A DNA stretch of 54,024 nt, from NCBI GenBank assembly GCA_964524135.1, contig CAZGBZ010000001.1, forward strand, positions 1 to 54,024, read 5' to 3'. Shown here one piece after another: positions 1-8,648 of this stretch. The notes under the pieces are model-generated. The model saw only the letters and a program-made list of their open reading frames with translations, was not told the DNA's origin and searched no databases. Both the position numbers and the translations under genes were made by a program. Numbering within the stretch: the stretch's first letter is position 1; each line of letters starts with the position of its first letter. The DNA comes from an uncultured bacterium (GTDB taxonomy: Bacteria; Fidelibacterota; Marinisomatia; SCGC-AAA003-L08; D37C17).

Positions 1-18
1 CGTTAAACAGCAATTTAT

Positions 19-603
19 ATGGCAAGAGTAATAGGTATTTCAAAAGGCGGGTCTTTAATTGCAAGAATAGGATTTTTGTATTCCAGATGGAAGTTTGGAA
101 GGGTGCCTCAACCATTGAGAATTGCAGCAGCACATTCTAAAATTCTTAAAGGATACAGTCTAATGGAAATGGCCCAAGAAAAATCCAAGAAAGTTTCTGG
201 TGCTATTAAAATACTTTCCCAAGTGAGAGTAGCAACAATTATAGGATGCCCTTTCTGAATTGATATTGGCTCTGCCGTGGGCAGAGATTTGGGAATAACA
301 GAAGAAAAATTACAGGAACTCAATAATTATGAGCACTCAAACTTGTTTTCTCCCGATGAACAAGCTGTGCTACGGTATGCAGATGCAATGACTTCAAACC
401 CAGCAGAAGTTCCTGATGATATATTCGAGCAATTAAAAAATATTTTTGATGATTCTCAAATTGTTGAATTAACATCAGCAATTGCTTGGGAAAATTATAG
501 AGCCCGTTTTGACCACGCATTAAAAGTTGAATCCCAAGGATATTCAGAAGGAGCATTTTATCCGTTACCAGTAATTAACAAACATTCAGATAATAAAGAA
601 TGA
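19..603 (+). CDS. Carboxymuconolactone decarboxylase/AhpD-family protein, predicted selenoprotein (in-frame TGA 256-258, motif GCPFU)
   Basis: ORFs 19..258 and 277..603 share a frame and are separated by one TGA. Read-through gives VATIIGCPF(U)IDIGSAVGRDLG, the CMD CxxC position. The downstream part has AhpD-like YADAMT and IVELT..IAWENYRARF. A hairpin follows the TGA. Confidence 0.85.
270..286 (+). promoter_or_regulatory. Candidate bacterial SECIS hairpin
   Basis: CTCTGCC-GTG-GGCAGAG is a perfect 7-bp stem with a G-first loop, separated from the TGA by 11 nt. Confidence 0.7.
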
Positions 604-784
604 CCAATGAAATATGCTGTTTAACCCCCACGCCACCCAGCCTACATTTAGATCTACACTACGTTACGATGTACAAGGCATTTCGGCAGGCAGGCGGACC
701 CTTCAGCAAGCTCCAAATAAACTCAGCTTGCGGAAATGAAAAGACTGCAGAGTTTATTTGTTATTTTGTAATGAGTAGTGAGAA

Positions 785-1156
785 ATGAACAATATAGTGC
801 TGTTATTTGGAGTTTTAATTATGCTTGGCAGTGTAACTCTGATTGTAAAGCCTGTTTACATATTGGGTATATTTGCCAAATATGGTGAGACCACAGGTCT
901 TCATGTTTTCGCCATTATCATCAGGATTATTCTCGGTATTGCACTAATAATGGCTGCGGCTGATTCTAAATACCCCATAGTACTTCAAATCTCAGGTTGG
1001 CTCACACTTATTGTTGTATTAGTACTAAGCGCTATTGGAAGAGAACGATTCAAAAGTGTAATTAAATGGTCACTTAGTATGAAACCTGGCTTTCAGCGCC
1101 TGATGGGTTTTTTGGGTATTTTGTTCGGATTCTTTCTTTTTCATGCGGTGTATTAA
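785..1156 (+). CDS. Small integral membrane protein (about 4 TM helices), unknown function
   Basis: 123-aa ORF with four hydrophobic segments. Confidence 0.7.
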   Translation: MNNIVLLFGVLIMLGSVTLIVKPVYILGIFAKYGETTGLHVFAIIIRIILGIALIMAAADSKYPIVLQISGWLTLIVVLVLSAIGRERFKSVIKWSLSMKPGFQRLMGFLGILFGFFLFHAVY

Positions 1157-1229
1157 GAAAGCAATATTACAACGTAACAAATCACGGAGGAAATAGACCC
1201 AATAACACCCTTGGTTGATACAAATTTTG

Positions 1230-4184
1230 TTAAAAGGGATTTATCAGGGTAGAACGTACATAAAAGGTTGGCTCTTCATTCTCTTCCCATCTATCAATGG
1301 TTTGAGCATAACCAACTGAAAAATAAAAAAGGGGTATATCTTCTATTTTCCAGGCATATTTCAACTCATAACCAGCTGTAATAATTATATCCCCCGTATC
1401 CTTACCATCTGACCAGACTTGTCCAAAATCAGAAAAGACTGCCCCACTAATGTCACCAATGGTAATACCCAATACATTTGCGGGAATTGAAGGAATCAAG
1501 GGCATGCGCAATTCCGCTGTGCCATAAGCCATTAAATCACCAATTTTTATTTCATCAGATCCCCTGATATTCATATTTTCATATAACCCGCCGGTTCCAC
1601 TATTCCCCGGAAAATAAATAGCATGATCCCGTGAAAACCCTACATATTCTTGTGCAGGTGGACTACCCCACAATTTCATACCCTTAGCCCTTATAAATAA
1701 TACTGCCGGCTTTAAGGGGTGATTTAAATAAGAATCTATTGTGAGACGATTATAAGAAAAGTCTCCAATAATTTCTTTGACTGCAATATCTATTAATCCT
1801 TTTATTCCCCATCCTTTAGTTGGCAGAGACATATTAGACCTATGGGGTCGCCGTTGGGTAAAGGTATAGGCAATGGTGATTACCCCTTCCTTACCGCCCT
1901 CCGGCTCTGGTAAGTCTGTAAATTCATGAAAATAGGTGGTATCCAAATCAACATCTACAGAATCCCAGGGCATGGTTGGAATTTGTCTATTATGAAAGGT
2001 TGTATTAACCCTAAAAGTATGGTTAGCTGAAACATAATCTCCCCTATTAAAAGGGATGCTAAACCACACATCTCCTCCATCAAACTTTTCCAAAAGTCCG
2101 CTGTAAGACTCATCATAATATCGGAATGACCATGCAATATTATTATACACATTTATTCCCCAAAGGGGTCCGTGCTGGGCATTAATATAGCTAAGCGAAT
2201 AAAATATTGTTTTAAAATCCCAGCTGGTATAACCACCAAGCCCTGTTAACATATGCTTCCCAAGTGCATCATTCCATGCGGTAAATCCGATTGGGATATC
2301 TAAAGGTAATATAAAACTGGTCATGTGCCGGAGATATTTATAAAATCGATATTCTTCATCCTTTATAATTTTAACAGGATTTTGAGGGTTAATTCCCGTT
2401 AGAATATGTTCTGGACTTCGCACACGCCAAGATGTGAAATCTTTGCGTAAGTTCAGGGTTGAAGTGGTGATATCTCTTACAGGATTTACTTCAACAATAC
2501 GGACTGAATCCACATCGTTAAGGGTTCTGGCTAATATACTATTACCATTTGGATTCCATTGTACTGACCAAATTCCATCGGCACAGTCAGTTAGCATGGC
2601 AGACTTTCCATTAGCAATAGTCACCGTATGAATGTTTGGGGTAGAGCCGGCATGAGAGGTATAGCTGATAGACTTTCCATCGGGATGCCAAACCGGAAGA
2701 TAATCTACCGCGGGATCATCCGTTAGACGAATGTTTTCTTTGGACTCCAAGTTAAGAAGGTAGAGATCAGTGTTGGCATTCGCGGCTGACATGGCATAGA
2801 CTAAGGATTTTCCATCTGGTGAAAGCGCAAGTGTCATTATTTGAATATCATCCTCATAACTGGTAATTGCCTGGTTTGCTTTTGTGGTGAGATCAATATG
2901 GAAAATATTAGCTACTCCCTTTTCATGACGGATATAATATAACCCCGTTTCATTTTGATCCCAAACCGGGAAAGCAGCGCGTTTATTCTCAGTGACCCAA
3001 TAAGCCTTCTTTTTCTCTTGGTCATATATCCGAATATCCCATAAAAAGGACCCGTGCTTGCCGTAGCGGAATTTTGCATAAGCCAGCCTGTTATTATCAG
3101 ATGACCAGACTAATGTTTGATGGAAGCGACCAAAATCAATTTCTTCCTTATTATATTTTGGCTTAGGTGGTTTATTTTTATCCTTATCCTTTTTCTTTTT
3201 AAATATCTCTTTAAAAAACTTTTTCACCTTTTTTTCTTTAGGTTTGGAAGTATCCCGAACAGCTATAAACAGAGATTGATCCCATTGATCTTTATCATCT
3301 TTTCCAGTGAGAGCGATATGGAGGCTATCCGGTGAAATTGAAAATGTGGACATCTTTTTAATAGGCAGGGTAGCAACTTCACCTAAATCTTTATAGGTTT
3401 CCTTTTGAGCCCGGTAACCATAGTAATAGGTGTTCATAGTACGCCGCCAATCTTCTTCAAATTGTTGTACAGTAACACCAGTATGTTCTTTAAATGCTTT
3501 TTTAAAATTTAGCAATTTTAAGCCATTTCGGTGGCTCATAATATTTATAAGGGTTGAATCGCCCCATTTTTCTCCCATCATTAATAATTTTGAATATCCA
3601 TCATGATGAGGATCCATTTCATTCATTTTATTTTTAAAAACATGATATTTGTGAGAAATATCGGCACGATGAGGTCTCCAGCGTTCAGTCATATATTCTG
3701 CAAGACCTTCAACAAACCAGCCAGGGATTCCCGAGTAAAATGAATTTAATGGCTCGGGCATCCAGGTTTTTACTGCATTAAAATACATGAGATGCTGGAG
3801 TTCATGAGCCAACACTTGATAGACCCATTTTTCATCCTCCAGCCAGATAGCAGCATCATTTTGATCTACCCAGATAAAGGTCTGATTGGTGGGCATGGCA
3901 TACCCATTCATAATTTCATCTTCAGCAGTGAATATGACATCAATTATGGGGACCGACTCTAAACCTATTTGCTTTAATAGTATGGGGTGAATCTGCTCTG
4001 CCATGCTGGCGCCCTGTTTAGCAATCTCCTCAATCCCTTGGTGATAGTGTACCCGATAATGTTCGGTTGTTAGTGTACTCCATTTGAGTTCATTATGGAC
4101 TCTTCCGGTCATAATCCAGGGTCCCTGGCCAAATACCGAAGTGCCTGCTAAAATAAAGGTTAGAAATATGAGTATTTTTGCCAT
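1230..4184 (-). CDS. Secreted peptidase MA-like domain + PD40/TolB-like beta-propeller + C-terminal Omp85/BamA-like barrel
   Basis: Signal peptide; AHELQH and WFVEGLAEY (gluzincin); repeated SPDG/WHPDG; NIRG motif, amphipathic strands and terminal Phe. Confidence 0.8.
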   Translation of the reverse strand: MAKILIFLTFILAGTSVFGQGPWIMTGRVHNELKWSTLTTEHYRVHYHQGIEEIAKQGASMAEQIHPILLKQIGLESVPIIDVIFTAEDEIMNGYAMPTNQTFIWVDQNDAAIWLEDEKWVYQVLAHELQHLMYFNAVKTWMPEPLNSFYSGIPGWFVEGLAEYMTERWRPHRADISHKYHVFKNKMNEMDPHHDGYSKLLMMGEKWGDSTLINIMSHRNGLKLLNFKKAFKEHTGVTVQQFEEDWRRTMNTYYYGYRAQKETYKDLGEVATLPIKKMSTFSISPDSLHIALTGKDDKDQWDQSLFIAVRDTSKPKEKKVKKFFKEIFKKKKDKDKNKPPKPKYNKEEIDFGRFHQTLVWSSDNNRLAYAKFRYGKHGSFLWDIRIYDQEKKKAYWVTENKRAAFPVWDQNETGLYYIRHEKGVANIFHIDLTTKANQAITSYEDDIQIMTLALSPDGKSLVYAMSAANANTDLYLLNLESKENIRLTDDPAVDYLPVWHPDGKSISYTSHAGSTPNIHTVTIANGKSAMLTDCADGIWSVQWNPNGNSILARTLNDVDSVRIVEVNPVRDITTSTLNLRKDFTSWRVRSPEHILTGINPQNPVKIIKDEEYRFYKYLRHMTSFILPLDIPIGFTAWNDALGKHMLTGLGGYTSWDFKTIFYSLSYINAQHGPLWGINVYNNIAWSFRYYDESYSGLLEKFDGGDVWFSIPFNRGDYVSANHTFRVNTTFHNRQIPTMPWDSVDVDLDTTYFHEFTDLPEPEGGKEGVITIAYTFTQRRPHRSNMSLPTKGWGIKGLIDIAVKEIIGDFSYNRLTIDSYLNHPLKPAVLFIRAKGMKLWGSPPAQEYVGFSRDHAIYFPGNSGTGGLYENMNIRGSDEIKIGDLMAYGTAELRMPLIPSIPANVLGITIGDISGAVFSDFGQVWSDGKDTGDIIITAGYELKYAWKIEDIPLFYFSVGYAQTIDRWEENEEPTFYVRSTLINPF

Positions 4185-4251
4185 TGAATTCCTTTTTAGT
4201 TAATATAAATATGTGTAATTGTTTAGAATAGCAGCTTTGAAAAAGATATAG

Positions 4252-5778
4252 TCACTCAACTATTTCGAAGGTACCGCCTCGGCGTATATCACTTACACCT
4301 TCGGTTAAAGTGACAGCATTTACACCACCGAAGAATAGATTCTTTACTTCAAATGGATGCAGGGTATAATACTCGGGTAAATCAATGTTGTCGAGAGCAA
4401 TGCCTGGTTCGTGGTACAGTTCTCTTCCTTCCAAATGGATTCTAGGGGCAATAATTGCTTCTTCAAGGCTAGTCCCTTTTACCATATAATTGAGGATCAC
4501 CTGTACAATGGCAGAGCGAATACGATTGCTGCCTCCGCTGCCTAATAAAATGAAGGGTAGATTGTTTTTTAAAATAATAGTTGGAGACACCATGGTAGGC
4601 AGCCGCATGGGATGGCGCCATTGGTGAAATCCCAACGGATTCAGATCTTCCTCTCCTAACATATTATTAAGCATGATGCCGGTACCGGGAAGAATATAAC
4701 CGCAGCCCTCCCCATTGGTAGTGGTAACACCGGCACAGTTCATATCTTTATCAATAACACTCACATGGGTAGTTTCTCCCCTGCCCGACAGAGAAATTCC
4801 ATCATCACTATTGTCACATTTAGACAGCAATCCCTCCAAATACTTCTGAAATATTTTATTTTCCAATAACTGTTCAACCTGATATTCCTTATTGGGATTT
4901 GTACAGACTTCCTTTCGGGCTAAATTGGTAACTGCCATAGCTTGAATAATATGAGTAATATTTAAATCCTTCAATTTTTCATCTTCCAGCAGCCGTAGTA
5001 AAAAAATGATGAGTGTTCCTCCTGCTGAAGGTGCAGGATTAGAATATACCTCTGTCCCCATAAAATTGGTCATTACCGGTTTGCGTACAGACACATGGTA
5101 GAGACTCATAGATTTTTCATTCAATAGCCCCTCTTCACCAAAAGTTTTGGCTATTAATTCGGCATATTCCCCTAAATAAAAAGAAGTGGCACCTTCCCAG
5201 GAAACCCGCTCAAGAAATTCCGCAAAATCTGAATTAATAAAACGGTCACCTTCGGATAGCATTTCTCCATTTGAGCAGAATAAATCCCGCCCTGCCTCTG
5301 TATGGGTAAATATGGGCTCTAAAATTTTAAAGATATAGGCCTGTTTTTTATTGAGCAGATACCCTTCTCTGGCTAATTTTATGGCTGGTTCCATGACAAC
5401 CGGAAGGGGAAGAACTCCAAACTGTTCCTGCACAATTATCAAGCCCAATAATGTGCCCGGCACTGCCGCAGAGCCTTTACCAATATGGAATGTCTGGGAA
5501 GAATCTCCAAAATCCACTTCTACACCGAAGAAATCCAGTTTTTCTTTTCCTGTCCGGGGAGGTGTATCCACAAAAAAGTCGTACACTACCGGCTGTGCAT
5601 CAGATTTACGGATCATCATAGCGCCACCGCCTCCAGCTCCGGTGAGGGCAAACTCAGAGGTCATAGAGGTAAATACAGCAGCTACTGCCGCATCAAAGGC
5701 ATTACCACCTGCCCTTAATATTTCAGCGCCTGCTTCAGTGGCTTCTTTAGAGCCGGTGGAGATGATTCCTTTATTCAT
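4252..5778 (-). CDS. ggt: Gamma-glutamyltransferase family protein
   Basis: GGNAFDAAVA, ETTHVSVID (autocleavage Thr), LNNML, LGSGGSNRI. Confidence 0.92.
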   Translation of the reverse strand: MNKGIISTGSKEATEAGAEILRAGGNAFDAAVAAVFTSMTSEFALTGAGGGGAMMIRKSDAQPVVYDFFVDTPPRTGKEKLDFFGVEVDFGDSSQTFHIGKGSAAVPGTLLGLIIVQEQFGVLPLPVVMEPAIKLAREGYLLNKKQAYIFKILEPIFTHTEAGRDLFCSNGEMLSEGDRFINSDFAEFLERVSWEGATSFYLGEYAELIAKTFGEEGLLNEKSMSLYHVSVRKPVMTNFMGTEVYSNPAPSAGGTLIIFLLRLLEDEKLKDLNITHIIQAMAVTNLARKEVCTNPNKEYQVEQLLENKIFQKYLEGLLSKCDNSDDGISLSGRGETTHVSVIDKDMNCAGVTTTNGEGCGYILPGTGIMLNNMLGEEDLNPLGFHQWRHPMRLPTMVSPTIILKNNLPFILLGSGGSNRIRSAIVQVILNYMVKGTSLEEAIIAPRIHLEGRELYHEPGIALDNIDLPEYYTLHPFEVKNLFFGGVNAVTLTEGVSDIRRGGTFEIVE

Positions 5779-5830
5779 GGGTGGAAATTTATTATTTTGA
5801 AGATGTTATGGATGGAAGGATATTTTTTCA

Positions 5831-5889
5831 GTAGGGGACGGTTTCAAATTGTCCCGTATTCGTTGGGCGGATTTTAATTCCGCCCATAC
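5831..5889. repeat. GTAG-type REP-like inverted doublet
   Basis: GTAGGGGACGGTTTCAAATTGTCCC (5831-5855) faces GGGCGGATTTTAATTCCGCCCATAC (5865-5889); each unit is a hairpin. Confidence 0.7.
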
Positions 5890-5937
5890 GGGTTTTAAAT
5901 TTATGTTAATTCCCAGCATTCTGCAGTATATACGTGG

Positions 5938-7002
5938 TTAATCATTACTTAAAATCAAATTTACCAGCATGACAACATCCAACACATTCACAGAACCGTC
6001 ATTATCAAGGTCACTACAGGGACAGTCAGTATTTTCTAAAATACAAGCTACAATAGTAACTATATCAATTACATTTACCTCGCCATCGTTGTTTATATCC
6101 CCAAGGATAGTACAATCTAAAACATTGGTTTCATATAAAGTATATGGGCCAAACCACGCACCGTATAAATAGACAATACCGAAATCCTCGGCAAAGCAGA
6201 AACCCATTTGTGCATCTGTTATACCTGGATGCCATATTTCCAAACATTGACAATTTTCAAAAATACCCAATTCAGTTTCAATAACTTGTGGATTACCTAA
6301 GTAAGCCTCTGCATATTGTGAGCTATCTGCACGCCAATAAATAGTAAAAGGATTACTTTGCCAATTAAAGTCTAGAAATAAAAAGGTTCTGTCTTCATAA
6401 GGATAATAAGCATATAATTTTGACTCAGATTCCTCATTATCTATATTCCAAGCGAAGTAAAAGTTGCCAAATCCAAATGCTGAAAGACCATTATCATCTT
6501 CAAAGTTGTAAAAGTCTTCTCCATTATGGTTTATTACTTCATTAACCTCAATATGATAAATGTTATTATTGAAATAATCATTGTAATTCCAAAAATTCCC
6601 ATCAGCGAGAGGAAGATAATTTGCTCCGGAAACACCTTCACAACCCGGGTCTGTCTCTGGGCAATCTCCGCCATCACAATCGTAGCAGGTGAGGTCACAA
6701 CCCCAATCCAATCCGCAATCGGGGTAGCCATCACCTATCCAAGACTCAGGACAACAATCTCCATCTCCGGAGCAGTCATCTACATAACCCTCCTCGCAGT
6801 GGTCAGTCCGTTGATTTTGTGGTTTTATTACCCGCTCAATGCGAACATGTCTTACTGGTTTTATCTTATCTTCAATAATACTTCTGGGATTGTGTTTAAT
6901 GGGTTTTAGGGGTTTTTGATCAGCAAAAATTAAAAATGAGAACGCTGTGCTGAGCAAAGTCGAAGCAATAATAATTATAAATGTAAGTCGTTTGGTTTTC
7001 AT
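5938..7002 (-). CDS. Secreted protein with Cys-rich LNR-like module and C-terminal dockerin-like domain
   Basis: N-terminal hydrophobic signal; CPESWIGDGYPDC...CYDCDGGDC; GDINNDGEVNVIDIV and DLDNDGSVNVLDVV. Confidence 0.8.
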   Translation of the reverse strand: MKTKRLTFIIIIASTLLSTAFSFLIFADQKPLKPIKHNPRSIIEDKIKPVRHVRIERVIKPQNQRTDHCEEGYVDDCSGDGDCCPESWIGDGYPDCGLDWGCDLTCYDCDGGDCPETDPGCEGVSGANYLPLADGNFWNYNDYFNNNIYHIEVNEVINHNGEDFYNFEDDNGLSAFGFGNFYFAWNIDNEESESKLYAYYPYEDRTFLFLDFNWQSNPFTIYWRADSSQYAEAYLGNPQVIETELGIFENCQCLEIWHPGITDAQMGFCFAEDFGIVYLYGAWFGPYTLYETNVLDCTILGDINNDGEVNVIDIVTIVACILENTDCPCSDLDNDGSVNVLDVVMLVNLILSND

Positions 7003-7026
7003 AATAAAACTCCATAAATAGTTTCT

Positions 7027-7081
7027 GTAGGGGCTGGGTTTCCCTGCCCAAAATTTCCGGGAGGGGTGACCCCTCCCCTAC
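7027..7081. repeat. GTAG-type REP-like inverted doublet
   Basis: GTAGGGGCTGGGTTTCCCTGCCC (7027-7049) and GGGAGGGGTGACCCCTCCCCTAC (7059-7081). Confidence 0.75.
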
Positions 7082-7094
7082 AATAATAATTAAT

Positions 7095-7117
7095 TTCATT
7101 CGTGTTCATTCGTGGTT
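7095..7117 (-). repeat. Stop-adjacent AACCACGAAT repeat arm (10-bp-period variant)
   Basis: Minus strand reads TAA tt AACCACGAAT GAACACGAAT GAA; the first 10-mer is identical to the arms at 35961 and 41378. Confidence 0.65.
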
Positions 7118-7119
7118 AA

Positions 7120-8511
7120 TTACCCACCTAAAATCAAATTTACAATGGCAATTATATCTAAAATATTTATTATTCCATTTTCATCTAAATCAGCAGCGAG
7201 TTCCTGGGCGGGTGTAAACTCGGCAAAATCCAGTATTACATTTGCCAATGCCACTAAATCTAAGATATTTATTTCTCCATCACTATTACAATCCCCGGGT
7301 ATGACCATAAATAGGTCAACATGGGCTATGAGAGCCCGAAGTGATATTTCTGTTGCCTGCCGTGCAGTGTCCCAATCAATTTGCTTGCCTACGTGAATAT
7401 GCCCGCCGGCAAAACAAGGTATCTCCTCATCTTCATGGTAGGTTTCTTTATACCAGACACCATGATAGCCGGCAAATTCAGATAAAAACATCCCTGCATT
7501 GGTATCATCCAGATAGGGGTCCAGTCCAATTTCTGCTCTGATGATATCCGTAATGATTGCTTCCACAGGAAGGCTGGTAAAGCGCACATGATAATTTTCT
7601 ACTGTGTCATCAGGGGGATTGGGAGTAGGCAATAAAGGAGCCGTATAGTCATCATTCCAGTTGGTACGGTTTACTAGCCGATTTTCCAGTTCCCAACTCA
7701 TATCGTTATATCCCCGGCTGAAGGTCATCATTGCAATTGGCTGTACCGTCTCAACAATAGGCCAATAATCTTGGGAAAAATCCTGATAATCTACTTCAAG
7801 GTCTCCAAAACCCTGTCCGCAATTATTGCAGTCTGCCGGGTCAAATTGAGGGAAAAAGGAAACCACATCATAGCCCAGACCTTCCCAATTTTCACCCTGC
7901 CAGCCTTCAGGATTAAGTTCAGCATCCTGACTGAAATGGCGCACCATTTCATTGGTTGGAGGCCAATACCCCGTTAGCATAATTTTGGGTCGTTCCCGGG
8001 ATTGATTCATAAATGTGGGGGCAGGATTCTCCTTCACAACAGAATCAGCGATGAAGTCAGGCTGCATACCTGTAATGGTGAAATTGCCCTGAAATTCCGG
8101 GAAAACAGGCTCACTGTATTCTAAAATGAGATTACTGCCTTTAAATCTTCCACTGATTAATTCAGATTGAATCGTTTTTAAATAAGGACCAGTATATGAA
8201 TCCTCATCGTTAAAAATAAATAGCCTCCCCTCATGGGGGATATTCCAATTACTAATTAATAGATGACCGCTTTTAAATTCGGGTAAAATGAGTTCTAATC
8301 TCCAGATAAATTGGGTAGGGAGAATGGTTAAATGGGCATTTTCACGGAAGTCAATTGCAATCTCTTCAGAATTAAGAGATATAATATTAGTTGATAATTC
8401 TACGCCTTCATTTTCCAAGCTAAAGGGGGTAAAATCTGGAGCCACCTGAGCAAATTGAATATTGAAGATAGAAGATAGAAGAATGAAGATTTTTATTAGA
8501 TTAATTTTCAT
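7120..8511 (-). CDS. Secreted pyroglutamyl peptidase I (C15)-like protein with C-terminal dockerin-like domain
   Basis: KIMLTGYWPP, WELE, AGMFLSE and GHIHV match the C15 motif order; GDCNSDGEINILD and DLDENGIINILD. Confidence 0.72.
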   Translation of the reverse strand: MKINLIKIFILLSSIFNIQFAQVAPDFTPFSLENEGVELSTNIISLNSEEIAIDFRENAHLTILPTQFIWRLELILPEFKSGHLLISNWNIPHEGRLFIFNDEDSYTGPYLKTIQSELISGRFKGSNLILEYSEPVFPEFQGNFTITGMQPDFIADSVVKENPAPTFMNQSRERPKIMLTGYWPPTNEMVRHFSQDAELNPEGWQGENWEGLGYDVVSFFPQFDPADCNNCGQGFGDLEVDYQDFSQDYWPIVETVQPIAMMTFSRGYNDMSWELENRLVNRTNWNDDYTAPLLPTPNPPDDTVENYHVRFTSLPVEAIITDIIRAEIGLDPYLDDTNAGMFLSEFAGYHGVWYKETYHEDEEIPCFAGGHIHVGKQIDWDTARQATEISLRALIAHVDLFMVIPGDCNSDGEINILDLVALANVILDFAEFTPAQELAADLDENGIINILDIIAIVNLILGG

Positions 8512-8535
8512 TACAATAAATCCTTCAAGCTATTT

Positions 8536-8611
8536 GTAGGGGCAACCTGCTTATCCGTCAGGCAAGGGTTTCTTTGCCCAAGAATATCGGGGCCGGATAC
8601 CTGTCCCCTAC
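8536..8611. repeat. GTAG-type REP-like inverted doublet with a 21-bp insertion in the left unit
   Basis: GTAGGGGCA[21 bp]GGGTTTCTTTGCCC and GGGGCCGGATACCTGTCCCCTAC. Confidence 0.65.
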
Positions 8612-8648
8612 AGTGGTAAAATTTGTATTTATTGGGGTCCATGGAGGG

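Larger units (their letters stand above)
2..625 (+). mobile_element. Integron gene-cassette-like boundaries (core GTTAAAC, inverse core GTTTAAC); attC appears degenerate
   Basis: GTTAAACAGCA (2-12) is the exact reverse complement of TGCTGTTTAAC (615-625). They match GTTRRRY and RYYYAAC and tightly bracket one gene. Confidence 0.5.

Noticed and set aside
256..258. TGA as Trp/Gly recoding
   Set aside because: TGA terminates citE, the HD gene, the dehydrogenase and thrC, and Trp is encoded by TGG. The position corresponds to Cys.
600..788. 62-aa ORF between the first two genes
   Set aside because: It runs through attC-like and repeat-like debris and has no recognisable protein features.
5351..5800. 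149-aa antisense ORF, representative of many short shadow ORFs in the track
   Set aside because: It lies almost entirely opposite a well-supported gene and has no motif or start signal; the other antisense and nested ORFs were rejected on the same grounds.
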